Positions 18,753-30,600 of a DNA stretch of 64,000 bases are shown here, piece by piece. This DNA is from Trichoplax sp. H2 (lineage: Eukaryota). Every line of letters starts with the position of its first letter. Within the stretch, counting starts at the first letter, position 1. The position numbers were made by a program, and so were the translations under genes. The notes beneath the pieces were generated by a model. The model was not told where the DNA came from, did not search any database, and saw nothing but the letters and a program-made list of their open reading frames with translations. The stretch spans positions 124,001-188,000 of the forward strand of contig NOWV01000022.1 in NCBI GenBank assembly GCA_003344405.1, read 5' to 3'.

Positions 18753-20715
18753 ATGATGATTAGGAATATTTGTAAGTGGATCCACAGTAAACCGCCATTA
18801 CTCAATGCATCGTTCATTTCTTTAAACGGAAGAAAACGATACGTAAGTACTGTACATATTGAAATATCTTTAGCTCCTGAAGATATACCAGTTGTGGCTG
18901 TTTCCATCTATTTATTTACTGTTCGTTACTGCCAATGTCTACATGCCGATCTACCGAATTCTCAGATAGTAAGCTAAAAGCCTCCTTTACTAGCGAGAGA
19001 TTATTGAACGTATTTTACTATAGAAATGAGACTATTTTAGGCCTAGGCTTCTTCGAGATAAACTGATCAGTCAGGATCTATAAATTATCCTCTATTACGA
19101 CATTAGAGATGGTACATGATACAAATTTGCAGTAGAGACGTACATTGGGATGTTGGCCTGCATGCATTTTATGTGCTTGTTGATCGGATAGGGGTAATAT
19201 GTACGAAATTTGTTCGATCGGATAACAATTATACCCTTGCCAAGATAACGTACCTTCTGTTAAAGCTTGAGGTCATGTCAAGAAGTGATTAGATAATGAG
19301 ATAGACAGCCTTTCCGCTAGCTAGCAATTTCTATGATAAAGATACATCGCCTAATACACATTATTCGTAGGCAAGTGAACCGACTTAATGTACTCGTATT
19401 GTCGGTTATATACTATGCATCTTCAAAGGTAATGTTCGTTGAACTAAGGACAATAAGGTAATGGATACAGTATAGACTAGTGTGTTGTATGTAGGGTGAT
19501 AAAAGATGTACTACTAAATCAAATGAAACCATAACAATTATAATTATAGTGTTCGATTGATACTAACGCTTTTCCCATCATATCGACACAATCTACTTGT
19601 GATAGAACGATTCTAAATGGCTACACACAACGGTTGGCTTGCTACGTAGGGTTAACGAGACCAATAGAGAACCTGCAGAACCTGTCACTTTAGCTCGTAG
19701 GCTTGTTCCTGATGATGCTAATGTAGTTGGCAATATTCATGGTGGTCATATTTTACAACTGATGGAAGAAGCTGGACATATCGCTGCAACCAAACACTGT
19801 AATAGCGATAAAAAGATGACTGAAACAGATAATACAACTATTTCCAACACTGCTTATATGACACGTCTCGAGCATATGGATTTTCTGCAGCCAATGTTTG
19901 TGAACGAGATAGCTCAAGCAAAAGCTGAAGTAGTATTTGTATCGGAGCACTCCTTAGCAGTAGAGGTTAAAGTTACAGCAGAGAATATATACAAGGGAAC
20001 CCGACGATTAACAAATCGGGGCATTCTGTGGTATGTACACTTCAACGTTGACAAAACTAGCCAAAATTTAGATATCGCCAAAGTTCCTCCACTATCATAC
20101 AATATTCAAAAGCAGCAAGAATATCGACAATTATATGAAAGTCGAAAGAGGGATAACAAGCTGGGTAAAGATTTTCGTAATACCATAAATGAAAGTGATA
20201 TTACTTCGGAGAATATTCATCGAAATGAAGCTATCAATCAAATAGAAGGTACTATCGTAGCATCTGAATCTGTTTTAGCACACTTAATTATGCCTTCTGA
20301 TTGCTATGAAATAAAGTTTGCAACTGGTGGTTGCTTAATGAAACTTATGGATACGGCTGCTGCTATGGTTGGTATCAGACACTGTAAGTCAGCTGCTGTC
20401 ACCGCTTCCATAAACGATATTGATTTCTATAGGCCGGTTAAGTTGAGTAGTCTCATTACCATCGTTGGAAGATTAACTTTTACCTCTGGGAAATCGATGG
20501 AAACTAACGTTCGAGTGTTTGCCAAGAACATTCGTACCGGCAGCCAATACATCGCTAGTAGTTCTTTCTTTAATATGGTAGCAATGGATAGTAATTGTAT
20601 GCCCCTTAAAGTTCCGCCATTAGTATTAACTACTGATGATGAAAAGCGACAATTTGAAGAAGGTAGAGTTCGTTACGAAAATAGAAAAAAAAGTAGAGTG
20701 AATAAAATGGATTAG
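18753..20715 (+). CDS. ACOT7: ACOT7-like thioesterase paralog 2 with an N-terminal leader exon (18753-18842 + 19606-20715)
   Basis: Exon 1 MMIRNICKWIHSKPPLLNASFISLNGRKRY|GTAAGT splices in phase 0 to TAG|AACGAT..., giving PDDANVVGNIHGG...KLMDTAA. Confidence 0.82.
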
Positions 20716-22124
20716 ACCATTTGCGTCACCTACCGTCTATCGTATTGATTGATTGATATAGTCGTGTACTATATGTTGTGGACCAAAAATTTATCATTTG
20801 TAAGCTGTTATGCGTATATGTTAACTATCTGTGTAAAGGCATATTTCATGTTGATGCTACAATTATCAATTAATTAATTATAATAAAGGCATATTTGGGT
20901 ACTGGTACTCGTCGCAGTATCGAGTTGTAGTACGATTTTTGCCTTAGCTTAATGACTTCGGTATATCATAGTTTTATATAAAGAAAGACTTTCTATTTGA
21001 TTTAATTTTTGTTATGTAATTCTTTAATGGATTTCTGTACAACTTTGGAGATGATTAAATGATGAATTTGACATTGCGGTCATGATATAAATATAATTAT
21101 TTATTGAATTAAATACAGTTTTAATATTGGCGATAGTAAATAAAAATTGTTATTATTAATTACAGTGAATAGTATGCTATATGGTACCATAAACTGTACA
21201 TATTAATGATCAAGTTCTCTTGTATCTCCAATAATTATGATATGATTAACACACCCAAATGATATATTATTCAGGATGTGCGCAATATTAACTGTATAGT
21301 TTTACTATACAATATAAAACTATCAGTACAATATCGGATTCGCTATGAAAGTTATTGCAACATAGTATCCGACATGAAAAAGAAAGTGAATTTCAATTTG
21401 TAAATTTTTGAAGTTGACTAGTGTACGTACATTAACTCTTTATAAAGTAGATTTGGTACGTTAATTATAGCATATATAATACGTAAACGGGTACAATTTT
21501 GTACTATATCACTTATCTGCTTACGATATCGAATATGTGCACATAATATATGCATGTCTATTCGTCTATAAAAGTAATCCAAGAACATCGCTACGCCAGA
21601 AAGGAGACATTTCCATTTAGATTGTAATTGAAAATTTCCAAGGATCCAAATTTATAAATTAATTATTTATAGCAGATCTTAGCACGTATGAGTAAATACG
21701 GTAGATTTAGATGTAAAATTTATAACCTATCATGGCAAAAATGTAATGTATAAGGCCTATTACAGTAATTTAAGTTTTGTAAGATTGTAGAACTTTGTAA
21801 GTCCGAATAGTAGAGATTATATACCGCAACTCCGATGAGACTTTCTAATATAACATACTAGGAAAATTTTCCAAATACAACTGTGGTACAATATATTAGT
21901 TTGATGTAAGTTGATGTACAGAGGTGACATAACTGGACTAGCTTTTAGCAGGCGATCGTGAATATTCCAGTGTGGTTGAACGATATTGTATCGAGTAGTT
22001 AGCCGGGTATGAAGAACTTTACTTGACATTAGCATTATGCAGACAACATTGGAATGGCCAGATTCTTACTAGAAGTGACCGTGATACGTTGGCAACAGAT
22101 TTTCTTCAACTGGGCAAAGCTATT

Positions 22125-23684
22125 TTATTTCTTTTTAAACATTTTTTTCCTATTTTCATAGCGTATTCTGCCTTCTTCGAATAATCGCTTTTCGTAATCA
22201 CTAGTTAGTATTAATGATGGAACTTTATCATTCTTTTGTAATACCACAAAATTATAAAAAGCGCTACTAGCTACATATCGATTACTGTTATTAGCCCAGA
22301 TATCTTCTGCGATAACTTGAACCTGAACTTCCATCGATTTTGTGGAAGTAAAGGTCAGCCTTCCTATAGCAGTTATAAGATTGCCCATTTTTACTGGCTT
22401 CAGAAAATCGATATCATTAATGGAAGCCGTTGCAATAGTACCTTTGGTATGCCTAATACATACTATAGCTGCTACGTTATCCATAAGTTTCATAAGGCAA
22501 CCGCCAGTTACGCGCTGAATTTGATAACAGTCAGCAGGCATAACCATATGAACTAGAACAGATTCTGAGGCTGCTACGGTAGCTTGTGTTTCCTTAGTAG
22601 CACCAGTTTGATCGATATTGCTTACTGAAGCTATGTTATCTTTAATGGTAATATCATCAAAACCTTGAACTAATCGTCTGTTTTCTTTTTGTTGATTATA
22701 TAGTTGAAGACACTTTTGGTACTTGTCAACATCGTAATGTAATAAAGGTGGAACTTTGGCGAGGCTTACTTGCTGACTTACTGGATCCTTGTTGAAGTTT
22801 ACGTACCAAAATATTCCTCGATTCGTTAATCGTCGCGTTCCTCTGCTTGGGTCTTCTGCTGTTACTTCAATTTCTACAGCTAATGAGTGTTGCGATACAA
22901 ATACTACTTCGGCTCTTGCTTGTGCTACCTCATTAACAAAGATTGGCTGTAAAAAGTTCATATGATCCAATCGAGCCATATAAGCAGCATTATAGATATT
23001 CTGATCGGTTTGAGTTACTCTATTATTATTGTTACTACTATAGCAATGTCTAGTTGCAGCAATATGTCCAGCTTGTTCTGCAAGTTGTAAAGTCTGACCC
23101 CCGTGGATAATACCTAATGGATTAGTATCAGCAGGAAGAATTTTGCGAGCTAAAATAATTGAATCCGATTTATGATCATTTTGATTATAAGTTGATCTAT
23201 TAGGGGAAGTAGATACCCATCTGACCGTATTCTATCAGAAGCGAAGAGAAGGTAAAACGCAATTAGCTTAATCTGTCACTAACAAGTTAGCAATTACACG
23301 TATAATTATTGGGGATTGCAAATGTCAAAAATTTTTGACCTGTACATCTATCAAATAGTCCACAACTGAGATTACTGCGAGCAAATGTTCATTAGAATTA
23401 ATGTTTCGAATTATAAAAATGTATTACTACAACTTGTAGAGTTAGATTAGACATCCTCTCAAGTCGCAATAAAAAGACAGCATTTTCATATACGCGTATA
23501 TATACATAATAATATTTGATGTTTAAAGCTGCTATATACTAATACGCATTGATTGGCATTGATTTCGAGTCATATTTACCGAAACTTTTATCTTGTTTGG
23601 ATTATCCAGGTATAACTTGATGAATGCCCATCTGGTTGTTATCCATAATCTGCTCAATCTCTGTAAGCCAATATTATTGATCAT
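22125..23684 (-). CDS. ACOT7: ACOT7-like thioesterase paralog 3 with an N-terminal leader exon (23684-23580 + 23231-22125)
   Basis: Exon 1 MINNIGLQRLSRLWITTRWAFIKLYLDNPNKIKVS|GTAAAT joins in phase 0 to NTVRWVSTS...PADTNPLGIIHGG...TRHC...KLMDNVA. Confidence 0.8.
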
Positions 23685-24740
23685 GATCAATGTTCGAGTC
23701 TTGTCAATATACAATATTATTTTTAAAATATGAACATGGCTTTCAGTCTGCAAGTTTATGAAACAGCAGGATAAATTTTGCTGAATAGAAATGTAGATAG
23801 TAATGCAGTATCTAATGAACTATAAATTATCATTAACCATCGGACTCGCAGGATGTAATAATTTAAGGTATGAAGTGATTGTGATCGATGCGTCGTTCAA
23901 TTATAATTAATTATTAACGTAGGATGGATGGAATTGTAAGTATATCCAATGGAAGAGCCACCATATAATCAATAAGAACTGGTTATTAGCATGGTGATCC
24001 AAACATAATAATTTAATTTCCTCTTAATATGATTTCATATCGCCATCAACATCTGCAATATAAAAAGATCTCAGGGATTGTCCTCTTCAGTCTTGACAGC
24101 CAAGGTCCCCACCCACTCCCATTGATGGTCCACATCCGTCCTGCCGGTACCGGTGTGTACATCACGTATACTATCTATACTACACTGTATGACTCAGGAG
24201 GCTGTGTAGTATTATACAGTATAGACTCATGAAATTTTCCAAATCAGATTCCAACGTGGACAGTACTCTACACTCTACAGTACAGTGCTTATCCATCTAT
24301 TACTGTACTGTACACTGTGCAAAATGAATTGTCATTACCTGAGCGCTTCTTCTCCAACCAATGCAAGTATAACTTGATTAAGATGAATGGCATGGTGTGA
24401 CAGCTTATTTGAGCATAGTAAATCTCTTATATAGAACGGCTAGAGGTGGTCAGGCTGCATCTGATTTGGAGCTAATGGATGGAGAAGCTCTTGATTTTGA
24501 GGTAGTGTAATCCGGTCACGGTAATTTGGTAGTAAGTAATCTATGTCTACAAGATGTGATATGAATTTAACTTCTGCAGATTGAAATTGTTGTCACTGTA
24601 TTAAGATTGGATTTTCTCTTCATTTGTAACAGTTATGGAATGAATGAGCATTTCAACGAGTCAAATCGATTGATTTACTGTTTGCCTTGTTATTTAAGTA
24701 AGAAGCTTGTAAGATTGATTTGCTTGAGGCTTCTGATACT

Positions 24741-27198
24741 ATGGCTGAATGCGAGAAAATCAAGCTCTACTTACTCGACGATGATGCCTTTGTATGGACT
24801 GCGGACGGTAACAACCACTTACATTTGATATGTAGTGCTGCATTATCAAATAATGCATTGTAATTTGCAATAGATGTACGCCTATCAAATCGGTTCTATT
24901 TATGAGTATACTTCAGCTTTACCTAAATCTCTTAGCTCTCATCAGAAAATAGTATAATTAGTCAGGGCTTAGTCAGTTAATTCTGAATTAAATTGTCTAT
25001 GAAGACCAGTGAGCAGTAATCATTCATCGTTTAAAACTATGGCGTAACTCTTTTATTATACGTATACAATTACAAGATAATGTTATACAGTCTAAATACA
25101 GTACATGACTAGTCTTGTATGCTTTGTTACTTAATGCAATTAATGCAAGACGTTTAAAAAAGTAGATTGGAAGCTATTGCGTCAGAACTACAGGATAAGT
25201 TGGCAATTACAAGATAATGTCATACAGTCTAAGTACAGTACATCGACTAGTCTTGTATGCTTTATTACTTAATGCAATTAATGCAAGACGTTTAAAAAGT
25301 AGATTGGAAGCTGTTATATCCAAATTATAGGATAGTTGGCAATTACAAGATAATGTCATACAATCTAAGTACAGTACATCAACTAATCTTGTATGCTCTA
25401 TTACTTAATGTAATTAATGCAAGATGTTTAAAAAAGTAGATTGGAAGCTGTTGCGTCGGAACTACAGGATAGTTGGTCATTTAACTGGTAGTTTACCTCG
25501 ACAACCAAAGCAAAATACTTACCAAGGCTTACCACTTAAATTACTACGAGAGGAAGCTACGTTACTTCTCGAAAAAGGTTCTTAACAATTCAATATAGCT
25601 ATGGTATCTGAACACGTTGACAATTTTATATTATAATACGACTATTTATTGAATGTATGATGTAACGGCAACTGTCTTAGACGTCTACATGTGCAGTTAT
25701 ATCAACAGATAAGCCTTTTCACTATGGTAAAAGTGTCTTAAAATTTGTAGTACGCTTATTATTTACCTAATTTTAATCGTAGGTATTGCTGAATTGGTTA
25801 CATGTAATATACCGGAAATAAATCAAAGTCAAATCGAGTTATACAATCACAATCGTGAGAGTAATATTATGGAGCAGGTTTGTCGCTTCATTAATTATTT
25901 CTGTCTTATTTTGGTAATATTTCCAAAATAACTATAGTGACATACTTATGTTAATTAAATGCGAATACTACATGAAATTATACACATACTTTTGCTAATT
26001 ATTATCGACTTTGTTATCCTATATAGGCCAAGATAATTGCTAAGGAGAAGAACGAACGGGATCTATTTTATCGAGAGCAAAATCATCTACCCTGTATGTA
26101 CAATAAATGATCATAGATAAGTGCAGTATGTAAGCTACCGATAATGGTCTTTATACTACTGTAGGAACTTGTTGATAACACTACGCTATTCTTAGCACTC
26201 GGTATTTTGAAATTGATGTGGTGTTAATTTGCTATACGATAATTCTGAGATTTGAATAATATTGTACTATAATTTATTAAATCAAAGATACCAAGCTTCC
26301 TATGCACTTAACTACTTAGTAGTCAACAGTATTTTGTTTAAAAGTTTCATCTGCTTATTCGCATTAGGTGATGTCAATAAGGAAGCTAATAAAGATATTT
26401 CTGATGACGAAGTATGAAATTAAATTATCAAATGTCCTTTATACGTATACTTGTAATTATAATTGATCTAATATATATTAATCATTGGGATTGACTTTGG
26501 TAAAAAATGGTTTTATTGTAAAATATATAAATAGATCAAGAAATTGCAATCGTCAGCTATAATTCATATATCAACGGGTTCGTAAAAGTAAAAATATGCT
26601 CTTAGAATTAACAGAGAATTTAAAAGATGCTGGATTGATAAATTGCCTTTTTCAGCAAACCTAGTTGATAGCGTTACTTCGAGCAACTGCCGCAAAATAA
26701 CCTGGAAATACCCGGATGCTTTAAGTGATGTAATATAGTCGTCATATTACTATTAATTGCCGAAAATTTTAACGAGTACTGCGAAAGGTGTGATCTAACA
26801 TTGTTCTAAATTACTATAAATAGAAATTTCGATATGCTGCGTATCGTGATTTATGGTATAAAGGATTCTATATTACACCGGGAAGAAAATTTGGTGGTGA
26901 TTATCTTATTTATGCAGGTTGTAGATTTATTTTGATTAAAGTATCAACATACGTGTATGATGTAATTATTTAAACTGGTACTAATCTAGCAAAATTTGCT
27001 AATTCAAAACAAGATGATCCATATCTTTTCCATTCGCGGTATGTCGTTCGAGTAATACCATCTGAAAGAGAAATCAGCACGTACGACATGATTGCTTTCG
27101 GTAGATTATGTACAAATGTCAAGAAGATTGGAATATTTTGTTCAGTAGTGGAAGATAAAGTTAAATATTTATCTGTTAAATGGACCGGAATGGGTTGA
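24741..27198 (+). CDS. TSEN34: tRNA-splicing endonuclease catalytic subunit Sen34
   Basis: MAECEKIKLYLLDDDAFVWTAD|DWKLLRRNYRIVGHLTGSLPRQPKQNTYQGLPLKLLREEATLL...YRDLWYKGFYITPGRKFGGDYLIYA|DDPYLFHS...GRLCTNVKK...KWTGMG*. The Tyr/His/Lys catalytic residues are present. Confidence 0.88.
25067..25476. repeat. 3 x ~136-bp tandem repeat spanning the TSEN34 intron 1 acceptor and start of exon 2
   Basis: Units start CAATTACAAGATAATG at 25067, 25204 and 25340, and each contains AAAAAGTAG|ATTGGAAGCT. Confidence 0.9.
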
Positions 27199-27629
27199 AA
27201 GTTGCTCTTTGCTTAAACAAGAACTCAAAAGAACTCTTCAAATTATTTCCTAGTCTATGATAGGTTATTTTCAGGTGGATAAAAATATCAGATGTATATT
27301 ATATTCAATTTACAATTAGAATAGATTACACTCGTATCCATAGGAGTATACACGGTAACAATGTACTGTATATGGTGGCTCTATCAAAGATTAGTATTTT
27401 CTTTAAGTTATATCAAAATATTTCTTAATATATATTTGACAGTGTTATAGGCTGTACATTTAGAGAAGACATTAAAATTCATTTGTGTATACAACATTAA
27501 ACAATATAAACGATTTAGCAGTACTATAAGAGTTTAGTGTGTACTGCATATATTAGCATGATATTCTTCTGCACAACAAGCTGATACAGCAACTGATTCA
27601 ATCATTTTAATGTTGCCAATATTATCAGC

Positions 27630-30600
27630 TACTGAGCTGGAATTAAGGCGTATCTAAAGCTATCATATTGACGTACATCGACTATCCAAGACGAAAACTC
27701 TTCTTTAGCAAGGCATTCCTTTAAAACTGTGTCGTTCTATTAACATTTAAGAATTTCGATATATTCATTAGATTATAAATGCCTGATTTTGTTCTTAATC
27801 AAGAGTAGATAATTTTCTCAGCTATCAATTAAATAAAGTAATTATACGTATATACGCACGATATTTCCTGTTTGTTGTGCCAGATGATTAAGACTTGTAG
27901 GATATTTAGGAGTGCTATTACGACGGAATAGTGATTCAACCTCTGAGAGTTTGATGCTACGCGTACAATTTAGATGAGAACGTACTGTTCTTTTATCTTC
28001 TATAAACATTTTAGCCATATTAAGCTAAACATGCAATAGGTAATTAGTACAATTTATGCAAGCAGATTTTCTCGATAGAGTATAAATAGCAATTTTAAAG
28101 TACACCTACGCGCTCGAAAAATAGTTTTTCCTCTGCGGTATCCTATTGTTGTAGCAAAAGCATGTATTAGTAATTACAATTTCTATGATATTGTTTCATA
28201 ATTACAGCCATGTATCTGCATGATTACAACATTGGATTATGCTTTTTACGTTTTTTCGTTAGTAGTATATTATTAATATACTAGTACATTGAAAGAAATC
28301 AATATTATAGTTAGCTTTTAGGGATAAAATAGTGATCCTAACATGATTCCTACCAAATTTGACTATACGTATTTTGAAAGATTGTAGATTAAAGATGTAA
28401 TTATCTTTTCAATAACAATAAATTTTAGTTGACGAGATTACTACTGATACATCGTATAATTTTAAACGCAAATACCAAAATTTTACGGTTAAAGCGAGAT
28501 GACAAGGCGGCAACAGTATAACAAAGATAAAATAAGGCCTAAGCAACCAATATATAATACTGTATTGTATAATCTTGAATTCAACAGTCTCATTAGCGTA
28601 CTTACGTGAATAATTAGGCGGGTAACTTTCAAGATTTTGCTTCGCTTCGATGCATAAGCTTTCGTTATCACCTTTTGGTCATCATAGATGTAGTAATCCC
28701 AAAAAACTATTCTGTCAACTTCTGTGAGATTAATATCTTTATTTTGAATTTCTTCCAGAGGAATAAAAAGTACTGATTGACTGTGTATAAATACAGAGCA
28801 ATAATTTATAATTACAAACGATGAAATTATGTTAAATTCTGCTATGATTATTAATTGTACAGTATCTAGAGTTTGCATTTTAAATATTGAAGGCATTTAA
28901 CTTATTAGAATGTAGCATGATAAAGTTGAAATAGTTGATGTAATTGTACTCATGTAGGTAGTAAATCTTAGTAAATTTCGACTTTTACCCTTTATATAGC
29001 TTCATAGCATTTTCATTACTATTTTGCGTTGTTTTTTGCCCAATTATTAAATACTGGTGTTTGTCTAGGCCATTTATCTTTGAGAGTATCATTTCAAAAA
29101 TACTTAACACGTTATCATCTTGGAGACAAAAATTGTAAACAACGACAATTTTTTCGGAAGATGATAAACATAACTGGATTAAACAGTCTAGAATCAAGTA
29201 TTTACTACAAAGTCCGGCTATATCTGGACTTGTAGCTAATTGATTATTTTGAACTTTTGGTGTTGAAGCAGTTAACCAGATAGAATATAAATTTCTGTAC
29301 CATTTTTGAATATCTGCGTCAGCTGTAAAATTGAAACATCAAAGAATGTTCGTTTTTCAATTATAATGATCAGAAAATTTGAAATATAACTAGCTAAATA
29401 TATTAATGAGATAGATAAGATTTGTATAGTTGTTAAACAGCCTGCATAGTGCCTTTATAATCATATATCTGCTTCGTGAATTCTAAGACAGGTTACTAAT
29501 AAAAATCTTACTGGCTATACCTTCCTGTCCAGTAATTGAAGGACGATTGAGAACATCATTGTACAGTTGTGTTTGTTCGTCATTTAATCTCAGAAACACT
29601 ACATGCTCTATCTTTCGATGGATACGGTATTGCGTATCAGTTACACTATACACCTAAATTATGAAGACAATCATATAATGTTTAAATCCGTGTGCATAAA
29701 GTGCCAAAGCCTGAGAATGTATTTAGCGACGTTTGCTAAACCAATCAACTAAGTATTGAGTAGATAGACAGACACCGTAAAATCTTACAATTTTTAAGTA
29801 GATATAATATAACCATAATACCTTAATAAAGTAATCTAGGAGAAGATCTTCTCTAGCATCGTTGGAATTATGAACTTTCAAGGCGTCAATTATGTTATTT
29901 TGCACGCGATGAATCGAATTATGTGTAGGATTGACAAGAGCAACCATTGTACTAACTACAGTAAGAGAATAAGAAGCGGCAAATTATGATTTTCAAGATG
30001 ATAAATTACAGATAATAAAACATTTGTAATTTCTGGTTCGATATGAAATACTAGTAAAATAACAGTAATACTATTTACTAAACTGACAAGAACGCTTACA
30101 CTTAGTAATATCATCGCCATAAATATCAGCCAAAAAAACTCGTTGTCGAGTGTTTACTTTTGAAACCAGATCAAAAATGGCCGTCCAACGTTGTTCTGGT
30201 AAGAAGTCGTCATCACATATTACAAGATCAGATCCTACATGCCAGTATCAAAATAAGTTTTACGAATGACGAACAAATTAATTATTAGCTCTTTACATTT
30301 ACTTATTACCTGGTGATTGGAGGCAATTTTTCATCTCTTGTAATTGCTGTGATTTTGAGTGAAGTAGCTCAGAATATGTATTATAACTTAGTAGAAGTAC
30401 TCCCGAAATCTGCTTCCATAGCTTTATCGTTGCATAATTGTCTTTTTGGATCGTTGCATAATTGTCTTTTTTATCAGAATTTGGACGTAGATAGTACAAC
30501 TATCAAGAATTTACTAATGTTAAGAATTGTACTTTCAAAAATCTTGATAAAATAAAGGACAACGGGGAAAACATTATTCAAGTACCTTTAAGTCAGTCCA

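Noticed and set aside
24065..24170. GC-rich patch with palindrome CCGGTACCGG as a possible ncRNA
   Set aside because: No recognisable RNA family or extended fold; more simply promoter or 5'UTR sequence of the divergent ACOT3/TSEN34 pair.
25067..25476. Repeat array as CRISPR-like
   Set aside because: Units are contiguous ~136-bp copies with no unique spacers, in a eukaryotic intron, with no cas genes.
30425..30470. Short coding tandem duplications (KDNYATI x2; a 30-bp x2 at ~32177-32237)
   Set aside because: In-frame slippage events with no evident significance.
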